A stretch of 64,000 nucleotides of DNA from Longimicrobiales bacterium (GTDB lineage Bacteria > Gemmatimonadota > Gemmatimonadetes > Longimicrobiales > Gaopeijiaceae): NCBI GenBank assembly GCA_965248195.1, contig CBDFIQ010000002.1, positions 1,600,001-1,664,000 on the forward strand, given 5' to 3'. A program made the translations under genes and the position numbers. This document shows, piece after piece, positions 28,876 through 38,417 of the stretch (the first letter of the stretch is position 1; each line of letters starts with the position of its first letter). A model generated the notes under the pieces. That model saw only the letters and a list, made by a program, of their open reading frames with translations, was not told the origin of the DNA and searched no databases.

Positions 28876-29359
28876 TTGTTGATTCGTGCCGCTGTAACGG
28901 AGGACTCTGAGGCCATCTGGGGCATCTTCCACGAGGTAGTCTCGACTGGTGACACCTATGCCTACGCTCCTGACACTGGCCGAAGCGAAGCGCTGCGGCT
29001 TTGGATCGAGGAACCCCAATCGACCTACGTGGCGGTGGACGAGGGGGGAGTCGTTGGCACGTATTACCTGAAGCCCAATAAACCTGGGCTGGGCGCACAT
29101 GTGTGCAACGCGGCGTACATGGTTACGAGTCAAGCACGGGGCCAGGGCCTGGGACGCGCAATGTGCGAACACTCGATTGCCGAGGCACGCCGACTCGGCT
29201 ATCGGGGCGATGCAGTACAATCTGGTCGTGGCTACGAACGAAGGAGCTATCCGGCTCTGGGAGAGGTTGGGGTTCACGATCACCGGCAGATTGCCGGAGG
29301 CGTTTCGTCACGCCGAGCATGACTTCGTGGACGCAGTGGTGATGTACCGGCTGCTCTAA
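28876..29359 (+). pseudogene. GNAT N-acetyltransferase, frameshifted at G4 run 29204-29207
   Basis: One frame gives ...ARGQGLGRAMCEHSIAEARRLGYR; the +1 frame continues AMQYNLVVATNEGAIRLWERLGF...MYRLL. Removing one G restores a full-length protein. Confidence 0.8.
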
Positions 29360-29426
29360 GCCGTTCTCACCACCTGGATCCGACCTGAGGATGTGAGGGC
29401 GCCACGTAAACAGGAGGGTAGCCCCA

Positions 29427-30116
29427 GTGAAGCCTCGGCTAGCTGTGTTGGACATGGTCGGAACGACGGTCGAAGCAGGGCCGGAAGTGTCGGAAGCGTT
29501 CCGTGAGGCGTTCGGCCGGGTGGGGGTCACCCTCCCGGAGGACGCGATAGATGGGGTGCGTGGCCGGTCGAAGGAAGAGGCCGTTGCGGCGCTGGCCGCG
29601 GCCTATCTCCCTGAGCTGGATGACCCGACGAAGGCGGCTGGCGAGATCTTCTCGACGTTTCGTTCGATTCTCCTCGTCCGTTACGAGACGGGGTCGAGGC
29701 CGGTCTCAGGAGCTCGCGCCGTTATGGAAGATCTCAAGCGTCTTGGCGCTCACGTCGTTCTGACGACCGGCCTGGATCGAGAGACCGCGAATCGAATCCT
29801 GCGAAACCTCAGCTGGGAGTCCCTGGGTCTCAGCGGGGTCGTCACCGGCGACGATGTCGAACGAGGTCGCCCGGCACCTGACCTGATTCATGCGGCTATG
29901 GCGTTGGTCGGCGAGGACGAGTCGGCGTCCGTGTTGGTCGTGGGTGACACGATCTCGGATCTCGAGGCCGCCGCTCGGGCTGAAGCGGGCTGGAGTGTCG
30001 GCGTGCTCAGCGGCGCGCACAATCGATCGCAGCTGCAGAGTTGTCCACACTCGGTCATTCTCGAGAGCGTGGCCGAGCTTCCGGGCTGGTTAAATCAATC
30101 GGGCGCGTGGATCTGA
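29427..30116 (+). CDS. HAD-family hydrolase (phosphonatase-like)
   Basis: LDMVGTTV, TTG, RGRPAPDLI, VGDTISDL, GVLSGAH. Confidence 0.85.
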   Translation: MKPRLAVLDMVGTTVEAGPEVSEAFREAFGRVGVTLPEDAIDGVRGRSKEEAVAALAAAYLPELDDPTKAAGEIFSTFRSILLVRYETGSRPVSGARAVMEDLKRLGAHVVLTTGLDRETANRILRNLSWESLGLSGVVTGDDVERGRPAPDLIHAAMALVGEDESASVLVVGDTISDLEAAARAEAGWSVGVLSGAHNRSQLQSCPHSVILESVAELPGWLNQSGAWI

Positions 30117-30141
30117 CAAAGCTCTCTGGCTAGGTCGACCA

Positions 30142-32565
30142 CTAAAGCTGAAGCAGCCGGTTGACCTTGATCACGAGCCCACGGTTCGACAGCTCGGACC
30201 ATCGGTCGAGCACGTCGGCGTTGCGATCCTCGGTGTACACGAGAAAGATCTCGCTACCGGGAGCCCACTCCCATCGCAGCCGAATGTTGGTGCTGAACGT
30301 ACCGCTCCCCGAGTTGTATTGGACGAGTCCGCTCAAGAAGGAACGGGGACTCAGGCTGTAGGTGATTCGCGTCCGGGCCACGTGCTGGTTGAACTGCCCG
30401 TCGAACGTTTGCAGCTCGGGCAGGTCAATCCAGTTGAACTCGAGGCTGGGCTCGAAGGATAGCTGCGGGAGGATCTCGATTCGGCCGCGGCTGAAGCCCA
30501 CCGACATGACGTCACCGGAGTAGAAGCTGCCCCTCGTCAACGAGAGGCTGCCCGAGGCTCGGCGATGGGGGCCGAAGAAATAGGTCAACTCTACGTCGCG
30601 GAAGGAGTACCGGCCTGCCGGCATCAGTGCACCGGAGACGCTCGTATCTTCGGTCAATCTCTCAAAGAGGTCCGTGAAGTTCACGGTCAGCCAATCGCTG
30701 TTCTCGAACTCGATCTCGAAGCGGCCCCCCCGACGCCGGCTCTCCAAGAATCCGAGCCGCTCGTTTTCTATGCGGCCTGCGACTCCGGCGAAGGTGAGCC
30801 GACGGATCGAGGGCACGGATGCGACACGGGGGGCGAACCGCCCGAACCAGTTGGTTTCGCGGAAATCGCTCCTCCGAACGAATCCGAGCTCGGGGTTGAA
30901 GTTTTCGCCGACCAGAACGTGATCCAGGGCCGCACTCCACACCTCTCCTCGATAACCGATCCTGGCTCGATAACTCTCCTCTTTGTCATCGAGTCCGTCG
31001 GTCCGGGTTTTCGCGTAATAGCCGAAGATATGAAGGTTTTCCAAGAAGACGAAATTCGCGTCGATGCCGTACGCCTGGTTGGATCCGCCCGGGGCCAGGG
31101 TGGAGTTCGAGCGATCCTCGTACAGGACGCCGACGCTGCTTCGGGCAAGGATGTCCCGACGAACCCTCAGCACGCTGAATGTTGTCGCTTCGGCGCCGAC
31201 GGCCGGCTCGTCCCCCGTCCGGATGCCGACGGCTCCAACCTGAAACGAACCGACCTTCCCGGTGACCCGACCGCCTCCGAGTATGGATACGGGAGCCCCA
31301 CTCTGGAGCCCGATCCGTCGGCTATAAAACAGCGTCGGAGCGCTTATGCTCCGTGCACCGCGTCCCCGGCCGGAGCTGCTGATGCTCGAACTTCCGGGAG
31401 GGCCACCGCCACCGCTGCCGCCTGGGCCTCTGCCACCGTTCCCGAACTCGAAGATCCCCCGACCCTCCAGAAAGAACTCTCTCTTTTCCGGGAAGAAGAG
31501 GTTGAAGCGGGTGAGGTTCACCTGCTGCTCGTCGACTTCCACCTGAGCGAAGTCGGTGTTGAGGGTGAAGTCAGCGGTCAGGTTTTCAGTAATTCCGTAC
31601 TTGACGTCGAGCCCGACGTCGGCGTAACCGTCGTTCGAAATCTGAGGATCTGCGGTCAGGTCCGTTTCGAGACCAGAGATCGCGTAGGGTTTGACCTCCA
31701 GGTTTTTACTCGGAGGCGGCGGCTCGATTCCCACGAGCGTGCCGTAACTCGATACACGTTGCGCCCCCGGAGGCCCGTTCCTGGCCACGGAAATCGGGAG
31801 GAAGGTGAGGTGGTTCCACTCGTTTCTCCGAACGATGGAGCGCCTCATCTGGATGCCCCAGACCTGGTCCCTCCCCCATCGGTAGCGGAGCGATCTGAAC
31901 GGGATCGCCATTTCAACCGTCCAGCCGCCGTCGAAACGACCCGTCCGGATCTCCGTGATGGGATTCCAGTCCGAGTTGGCGTCCTGTTCGTTCGTGATCT
32001 GCAGATCCGAGAAGCCGCCCAACGGGTTGACGAAGAACCCTACGCCGTTCCGGCGGTCGTAATAGGTATCCAGGAAGACGCCGAACTGGTCGTTCAGCTC
32101 GATCGACGGTGCGTCCCGTCGCATCTCGTTCGCGACCCAGGCGCTCTCCGGAGCGGAGTCCCAGACACGGGCGGACACGTACACGTTCGAGCCGTCGAAC
32201 GCGACCCAGGCTTCGGTACGTTCCGACGGGGTCGCTCCTTCATTCGGCAGAGACTGGATGAAATTCGAGATCGGGGGAGTGTTTCGGTAGAACGCCTCAT
32301 CCAGCTGGCCATCGATTCGGAGGGGCTCCGCGGTCCGGACGGCCCGGAGCGTAGCTCGGCCCTCGTCATCCCGGTTGATGACGTCTGGGGCCGTCGGCGG
32401 CGGCGGGCCGTCGATGGTGATTCTGTTGGCCGGGGAAGACCCGGGGGCCTGGGCGTCCACACCGGTGGGGCAGGCGAGAAGGACGGAGGCCGTGCATAGG
32501 ATAGAGGCGACAGGCGAGGCTGCAATCGACCGGCGAAGAACCTTCCAGGGCTTGTTGATTGGCAT
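30142..32565 (-). CDS. DUF5916 / CBM9-like domain outer-membrane protein
   Basis: IDGQLDE, WTVEMAIPFRSLRY, NTDFAQVEVDEQQVNLTRFNLFFPEKREFFLEG, LFYSRRIGL. Confidence 0.85.
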   Translation of the reverse strand: MPINKPWKVLRRSIAASPVASILCTASVLLACPTGVDAQAPGSSPANRITIDGPPPPTAPDVINRDDEGRATLRAVRTAEPLRIDGQLDEAFYRNTPPISNFIQSLPNEGATPSERTEAWVAFDGSNVYVSARVWDSAPESAWVANEMRRDAPSIELNDQFGVFLDTYYDRRNGVGFFVNPLGGFSDLQITNEQDANSDWNPITEIRTGRFDGGWTVEMAIPFRSLRYRWGRDQVWGIQMRRSIVRRNEWNHLTFLPISVARNGPPGAQRVSSYGTLVGIEPPPPSKNLEVKPYAISGLETDLTADPQISNDGYADVGLDVKYGITENLTADFTLNTDFAQVEVDEQQVNLTRFNLFFPEKREFFLEGRGIFEFGNGGRGPGGSGGGGPPGSSSISSSGRGRGARSISAPTLFYSRRIGLQSGAPVSILGGGRVTGKVGSFQVGAVGIRTGDEPAVGAEATTFSVLRVRRDILARSSVGVLYEDRSNSTLAPGGSNQAYGIDANFVFLENLHIFGYYAKTRTDGLDDKEESYRARIGYRGEVWSAALDHVLVGENFNPELGFVRRSDFRETNWFGRFAPRVASVPSIRRLTFAGVAGRIENERLGFLESRRRGGRFEIEFENSDWLTVNFTDLFERLTEDTSVSGALMPAGRYSFRDVELTYFFGPHRRASGSLSLTRGSFYSGDVMSVGFSRGRIEILPQLSFEPSLEFNWIDLPELQTFDGQFNQHVARTRITYSLSPRSFLSGLVQYNSGSGTFSTNIRLRWEWAPGSEIFLVYTEDRNADVLDRWSELSNRGLVIKVNRLLQL

Positions 32566-32805
32566 ACCGATGGGTTGGTGGCTCGGAACAACCTGATGTC
32601 GTCTTGCGGGGCGGCACGAACATTAGGCTGCATGAGCCCGTAGTCAACGCCGACTTTGGCCGCGTCGCACCAGATATGGCGCTTGCCCCCCCGCATCCCT
32701 CTGACACATCTTGTCCGCCATGTCTGAGATCGCCCAGGATGCCATGATACCGTAGACGCCAGCCGTTTCACGCCTTTCAATTCACGTTCCGTTCCGGAGT
32801 CCATC

Positions 32806-33603
32806 ATGCAACGCTTCGCTACGTCGATCCTTGGGGCGATCGCTCTGTTCGCTGTATCTGTCCCTGTCCTGAGCGCTCAGTCCGAGACGCTGCTGTACGA
32901 TCACATACACATGGCCGTGCCCGATCCCCAGGCGGCCGCTCAGTGGTACCGCGATCACCTCGGAGGCGAGGAGGTCGATGGTCGGGATGAGCGCCTGCTC
33001 TTGGGCACGACCCGGTTCATTTGGCGGCGAGCGGAGGATCGAAAGCCAAGCGCGGGGAGCGTGATCGACCACGTGGGATTTTCGTACGCGGATCTCGACG
33101 CGAAGCTTAGCGAGCTTGAGGCAGCGGGTGCCACGATCACCACGCCAAGGCGGGACGTCGAGGGCCTCTTTCCGCTGAGCTTTGTCGAGGACCCGTGGGG
33201 AGTGCGGCTCGAACTCATCGAGGATCCTCAGCACCTCGGGTTCCATCACATCCACGTGAGGAGCCCGGAGCCGGAGACCGCCTTGCAGTGGTACGCGGAC
33301 AAGTTCGGTGGTGTCCGCACCCCTCTTCGGGGCCGCTTGGATGGGATCCTCTATCCGGGGAACGTCTGGCTGCTGGTGACCCGCGGTGAGGCTTTTCCTA
33401 GCAGTGAGGGCGCCATCGATCACCTCGGGTGGAGAGCTCTGGATCTTAACCCGAAGCTGGAGGAGCTCAGAGGCAAGGGTGTGGAGATCACCCGGGGGCC
33501 GAACGACCTGACCTTCGTGAATGGGCAGATCTCCGTTTTCTTCGTCGCTGGACCGAGCGGCGCGAGTATCGAGATGGTCCAGCGGGCACCCAACATGCGA
33601 TAA
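32806..33603 (+). CDS. Secreted two-domain VOC/glyoxalase family protein
   Basis: Signal peptide; DHIHM, IDHVGF, EDPWGVRLELIE, FHHIH, IDHLGW, GPSGASIEMVQ. Confidence 0.8.
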   Translation: MQRFATSILGAIALFAVSVPVLSAQSETLLYDHIHMAVPDPQAAAQWYRDHLGGEEVDGRDERLLLGTTRFIWRRAEDRKPSAGSVIDHVGFSYADLDAKLSELEAAGATITTPRRDVEGLFPLSFVEDPWGVRLELIEDPQHLGFHHIHVRSPEPETALQWYADKFGGVRTPLRGRLDGILYPGNVWLLVTRGEAFPSSEGAIDHLGWRALDLNPKLEELRGKGVEITRGPNDLTFVNGQISVFFVAGPSGASIEMVQRAPNMR

Positions 33604-33695
33604 CCCGGTGGGCCCCGAAGCGCTGCTCGGATCGACGTCCAGGTCGACCCGTAGCTTGTTCTAGTCCCTCGTTGATCTGAGGGTGCGCTATCAGC

Positions 33696-34415
33696 TCAGA
33701 AATAGCGGTTGAGAAACTCTGCCTGGCCCATCCAGGTTTGGATGCGGCGTGCCCTGCTCAGGTACCGGGCGTCGTCAACTCCCGGGTGCCAACTCTTTGG
33801 CCTGGGTAAGGATGCCGCTAGCAGGGCGGCCTCTCGTCGGCTCAATGCTGAAGCCGGTTTATTGAAGTAGTGCCATGCGGCCGCTTCCGCTCCGTAGATT
33901 CCGGTCCCGAACTCAACCACGTTGAGGTATATCTCGAGCAGCCGCCGCTTCGAGACCAATTCCTCCAGGCGGACCGTGAGTGCGGCTTCAGTGAGCTTGC
34001 GCAGCGGATTGCGTGTAGGTGACAGCCAGAGGTTCTTGGCGAGCTGCTGCGTGAGAGTGGACGCGCCACGTGGCGTCTCGCCGCTCTCCACCGCCTCGGC
34101 TATTGCCGCCTTGATCTCCTCCGTCGCGAAACCGTGATGTGTGAAAAACCGGACATCCTCGGCTACGATTACCGCGCGTTTGAGGTGCGATGATATCTCA
34201 CCGTATGACACCCATCGCCAGTCTACGCTTCGGTTTTCGGATTCACTCCCACCCCCTCGGTAAAGCTCGATGAATGCGGTGGTTTCGGGGTTGTTGTCCA
34301 CGAGATCCTTCACGTCGGGCCACGTGATCCATTGCCACGCAACCCACCCCAACGCGATGAGGGTCAGAAGCGGTAGACAGCCGGCGGAGACAGATGGTTG
34401 CCTCTCAATGGTCAT
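33696..34415 (-). CDS. mtgA: Monofunctional peptidoglycan transglycosylase
   Basis: AEDVRFFTHHG, RGASTLTQQLAKNLWL, RKLTE, LEIYLNVVEFG..YGAEAAA. Confidence 0.9.
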   Translation of the reverse strand: MTIERQPSVSAGCLPLLTLIALGWVAWQWITWPDVKDLVDNNPETTAFIELYRGGGSESENRSVDWRWVSYGEISSHLKRAVIVAEDVRFFTHHGFATEEIKAAIAEAVESGETPRGASTLTQQLAKNLWLSPTRNPLRKLTEAALTVRLEELVSKRRLLEIYLNVVEFGTGIYGAEAAAWHYFNKPASALSRREAALLAASLPRPKSWHPGVDDARYLSRARRIQTWMGQAEFLNRYF

Positions 34416-34656
34416 AAAAAAAGCCGCCGGGCGATTTGGGTGCCTCCACGGGATCTCTTCATGTGTTCAAGATACGGTAGGCTCTTTCCGAAATCACCAC
34501 TGAAATTCGTTGCCAGGAGGACGAGGGGCTTCGGCCGTGACTGGTGCGGCTCATACGAGCGACTTAATATGCTCAACTAGACGTGGCGGATCTCCTGCGC
34601 TGGACCACCGGGGCCCAGCGAGCGAGGTCCGGGCCCTTGCTTCTGGGAGGTGCGTT

Positions 34657-35436
34657 ATGGAAGTCGACCGCCGAGCCTTCTTTGCCACGGTGGGTGTTGG
34701 GACGCTGAGCCTCATGGATGCGGAGGAAAAGGCGGAGGCGGTCGAGCACTACATGCTTGATCTGCTCGACGAGCCCGCAAAGGCTGCGGCGGCGGCCGAA
34801 GCGGCGGAGCAGCAGGCGCAGGAGGGTCCCCCTCGCGGTACGGGCAACATTCTCCTCGGGAGAACGCAGCTCGAGCCGATGCCGGAGAAACCGACCTTTC
34901 TCGACTTCTTCCGACTTCGGCTTTCGTCCAGCAACCATTGCCTTCAGAGCGCCAATCATGCGCTCCAGACCGGTCAGCCGGAACGCACTGTGATGGCTTG
35001 TCTCCTGCATGATGGGGTTCAGGGGCTGATCAAGGCCGACCACGGCTGGTGGGGCGCCCAGCTCTACGAACCCTACGTCGACGAGCGGATCAGCTGGGGC
35101 ATCCGTTACCACGGGGCGCTCCGCTTCTACCCTGATGATACTGTGGGCTACTACTATCCAGATATGTACAACCGGATCTTTGGTGAGGATTACGCGCCGC
35201 CGGATTACATCGTGCAGGCCTACGAGTACGCGCTTAACCATCGGTGGTACATGGAGTCTCGCTTGGTAACGGTGAACGATCTGTACGCCTTCGAGGAGGG
35301 TGTGGAGCTCACCATCGACCCGTTCGTCGACATCATCGGGCGGAATTTCAAGAATCCCCCCGAAGGGCTCGGCTACGACAATAGTCCGTCCGCGCACATG
35401 TGGCGCACGATCGCCAACCCGGACAAGCCTCTCTGA
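34657..35436 (+). CDS. HD-domain protein with RR-containing N-terminus
   Basis: NHCLQSA...ACLLHD...DHG...RYH...ND; start MEVDRRAFF after GGAGGTG. Confidence 0.7.
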   Translation: MEVDRRAFFATVGVGTLSLMDAEEKAEAVEHYMLDLLDEPAKAAAAAEAAEQQAQEGPPRGTGNILLGRTQLEPMPEKPTFLDFFRLRLSSSNHCLQSANHALQTGQPERTVMACLLHDGVQGLIKADHGWWGAQLYEPYVDERISWGIRYHGALRFYPDDTVGYYYPDMYNRIFGEDYAPPDYIVQAYEYALNHRWYMESRLVTVNDLYAFEEGVELTIDPFVDIIGRNFKNPPEGLGYDNSPSAHMWRTIANPDKPL

Positions 35437-35561
35437 GCACCGACGGCGGCCCTGAGGACGAGGCACGCGTGGCCGCCTCGCCCTCAGGCCCGTCGATATC
35501 TCTTCCTGGTAAGGCCGCATCAGGGGCCATCCGCTCGCTGCCCCATAGGCTTTTGGCGGCC

Positions 35562-36818
35562 ATGTCCGTGGCCGTTGTGTCCGCATGGGCTCCGGCTCTG
35601 ATCGCCCCGGCCTTCGCTTCGGCCCAGGACGCACCGGAGGAGTGGCTAGAGCGCCTCGAAAGGGTCATGCCCGAAGCCGATCGCTTTACGGACCGGCAGG
35701 GCCAGCCCCCCGTCTTCGAGGCCTACCGCACTGACTCCTCAACCGGACAGGAGACCCTCGCGGGCTACGCCTTCCTCACCTCCGACTTGCCGCCCGAACA
35801 GAAAGGGTTCAACGGGCCCATCGAGGTACTTGTGGGGATGAACCTGCGAGGCGTGCTCACCGGGATCGTAGTGGCCCGTTATAACGAGTCGCTCCAGAAC
35901 AGCCGCGGCGACTTCCTCGCCGCTGAGGGATTCCAGGAGCAGTTCGTGGGGAAGAGTATTGTGGACGCGTTCCAGGTGCGGCGGGATGTCCATGGCATCT
36001 CCGGCGCTACGATCACCGTCGATGCCATGTCCCGGGGTATACGGAACGCGGCCCGGGGGGTCGCCTTGGCCTACCGTCTTGGATCGGTGGCCTCCGCCTC
36101 GGAGGCACCCGCCTTGGACCCGATCTCGGTCACTCTGGGTGAGTTAGAGCGGCTCTCCTGGACGCAGATGCTCCTGCGCGGGCTGGTGCAGCAGATCCTC
36201 GTCCTCGACGACGAGCGGACCGCTACCGACCTCACGCTGCTCTATCTTCGGGACGAGGCGGTTGCGGAGATCCTGATCGGCCCAGGGATGTTGGGGGAGG
36301 TGCTGGAGCGGGCGGGCCCCCTGGCGCGGGAGCGGCATCTCGTTCTGGCCGGCGTGGACGGGCCCTTGGCGGGGGCACTCAACCTTGCGCGGCTCTCGAT
36401 CGTGCAGGCCGGCGACACGGTGAGCCTTACGTCGCCCGAGGTTCTCCTGTTCGGCCCGCCCCGCGAGGGAAAGCTCGACGGTCAGGTTCGAATGGCCAGG
36501 GTTCTCCTGGTCGACCGGGTCGTGGACATGACGCGACCGTTCACTTACGTCCTCGACCTCCGCCCCGGGCTGGGCCTCTTCTCCGTGGAGTACCCGGGGG
36601 AGCGGCGCGTTGCCGTTCAGACCGAGGGTGCCGGTGACGGGGAGGGGACCGTCCTGTCGCGGCCACTCGCGGGGACCCCGGCACGCATGGCGGTGCTCCT
36701 GGCTCTGCTCCTAGCTCTGCTCCTAGCTCTGCTCCTAGCTCTGCTCCTAGCTCTGCTCCTAGCTCTGCTCCTAGCTCTGCTCTTGCTCGTGATCAAGCGG
36801 GCCCGGTCGGGAGGTTAG
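35562..36818 (+). CDS. FMN-binding (flavinylation-motif) membrane-anchored protein, NosR/RnfG-like N-terminal domain
   Basis: KGFNGPIEVLVGM, FQEQFVGKS, DVHGISGATIT; C-terminal (LALL)n TM anchor; start uncertain. Confidence 0.75.
   Translation: MSVAVVSAWAPALIAPAFASAQDAPEEWLERLERVMPEADRFTDRQGQPPVFEAYRTDSSTGQETLAGYAFLTSDLPPEQKGFNGPIEVLVGMNLRGVLTGIVVARYNESLQNSRGDFLAAEGFQEQFVGKSIVDAFQVRRDVHGISGATITVDAMSRGIRNAARGVALAYRLGSVASASEAPALDPISVTLGELERLSWTQMLLRGLVQQILVLDDERTATDLTLLYLRDEAVAEILIGPGMLGEVLERAGPLARERHLVLAGVDGPLAGALNLARLSIVQAGDTVSLTSPEVLLFGPPREGKLDGQVRMARVLLVDRVVDMTRPFTYVLDLRPGLGLFSVEYPGERRVAVQTEGAGDGEGTVLSRPLAGTPARMAVLLALLLALLLALLLALLLALLLALLLALLLLVIKRARSGG
36699..36782 (+). repeat. 12-bp coding tandem repeat (CTAGCTCTGCTC)x6 plus one variant copy
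   Basis: Six perfect copies at 36711-36782, preceded by CTGGCTCTGCTC. Confidence 0.95.
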
Positions 36819-36925
36819 GGGCCGACGCTCGACGACCACGGATGTCACTGCTCGGTGGCGCGCAGGGCCCGAGGTCGTGACGTTGAGGGGCGGTATGACC
36901 CCCAAAACAGGCGAAGGAGCCGAGC

Positions 36926-38398
36926 ATGACGACTGCCGAGCTGGTCACGGAACCGGATCTGACTCCCGTCCAACGATTCGGTGAGGCGATCGCCGACCGG
37001 GTAGAGCGGTGGATGCCGAGCCCGTTCCTCTTCGCGATCCTGCTGACCTATGTGGCGGCGGGCGCCGCGTTCGTCTCGGAAGGATCCGCGGTGACCGAGA
37101 TCGCCCTCTCATGGTATGGAGGCTTCTGGACGCTCCTGCAGTTCGCGATGCAGATGGTGATCATCCTGGTGACCGCCAATGTGGTGGCGTACCACCCGCG
37201 GGTGAGGGGTGTGATCCTCAGCCTCGTGCGGATTCCCAAGAACGGACGGCAGGCCGTGGTTCTGGTGGGTCTCGGAGCGATGCTGACCTCATGGATCTCC
37301 TGGGGTCTCGGCCTCATCTTGGGGGCGATCCTGGCCCGTGAGATGGGGAAGTACGCCGCCAGGAACGGTATGCCTGTGCACTATCCGCTGTTGGCGGTGG
37401 CCGGCTACATGGGGCTCGGCCTCACCTGGGGATGGGGGATGTCGAGCTCCGCGGGACTACTTCAAGCCACCGAGGATAACGCGTTGATACAGTTGGGGTT
37501 CGTCGATCGAGTGATCCCCTCGACGGAGTGGGTCTTCCACCCCTACCCGCTGACCCTGACCGCCCTTTCGATCGTCTACGGCTCGATCATGTTGTACTTG
37601 CTGAGCCCGCCGAACGAGAACTGCAGGGCGATCGGGCACTACGTGGATCTCGACCCCGACGTGAATCCAGACGTCGGCCAGGACCGGCAAGTGGAGACCG
37701 CCGGGTCGAGCGGGGCCGACTCGGACCTGGACGTGGCCGGGGATTCTCGCTCGGGAGAGCCGAAGGCGTCCCTAGCCGACAGGATCGACAACAGCAGAAT
37801 CCTCGGTGGCATCCTCGCGGTGACCGGCGTCGTAGTGTTTCTGAGCGCGTTCTTCACGCAGGGCCTCGGGGCGCTCGACCTGAATAATTTCAACTTCGGA
37901 TTCCTCATGATCGGCCTCCTGCTCTACGCCAGCCCGACCAAGTACCTGCACGAGTTCTACGACGCTGTGAAGGGGAGCGCGGGAGTGGTCCTGCTCTTCC
38001 CGTTCTACGCCGGGATCATCGGAATCATGACGGGGACCGGATTGGTCGATTCCATGACCGCGTCGCTGCTCTCGATCGCCACACCGGATACGTTCGCGGT
38101 GACCGCGTGGCTCACCGGAGCGGTCCTCAACGTCTTCGTACCGTCCGCCGGCGGTGAGTGGGCGATCATCGGTGGGCCGATGTTGATGGCCGGTGCCGAG
38201 TTGGGAATCCCCCACGGCCAAACGATCGCCGCCTACGCGGTCGGCGACGCCCACACGAACCTCCTCAACCCGTTTTGGGCGATCCCACTGCTGGCCATCA
38301 CCGGCCTCCGTGCTCGCGATATGTTCGGCTACGCGATCACGATGATGCTCATACTCATCCCATTCCTGGCTACCGTGCTCTACGTTCTTCCGTACTGA
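36926..38398 (+). CDS. atoE: Short-chain fatty acid transporter (AtoE/TIGR00366 family)
   Basis: ERWMPSPFLFAILLT, FAMQM, HYPLL, FPFYAGI, NVFVPSAGGEWAI, GDAHTNLLNPFWAIPLL. Confidence 0.85.
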   Translation: MTTAELVTEPDLTPVQRFGEAIADRVERWMPSPFLFAILLTYVAAGAAFVSEGSAVTEIALSWYGGFWTLLQFAMQMVIILVTANVVAYHPRVRGVILSLVRIPKNGRQAVVLVGLGAMLTSWISWGLGLILGAILAREMGKYAARNGMPVHYPLLAVAGYMGLGLTWGWGMSSSAGLLQATEDNALIQLGFVDRVIPSTEWVFHPYPLTLTALSIVYGSIMLYLLSPPNENCRAIGHYVDLDPDVNPDVGQDRQVETAGSSGADSDLDVAGDSRSGEPKASLADRIDNSRILGGILAVTGVVVFLSAFFTQGLGALDLNNFNFGFLMIGLLLYASPTKYLHEFYDAVKGSAGVVLLFPFYAGIIGIMTGTGLVDSMTASLLSIATPDTFAVTAWLTGAVLNVFVPSAGGEWAIIGGPMLMAGAELGIPHGQTIAAYAVGDAHTNLLNPFWAIPLLAITGLRARDMFGYAITMMLILIPFLATVLYVLPY

Positions 38399-38417
38399 GA
38401 GGCCCGCGGCCGGGGGG

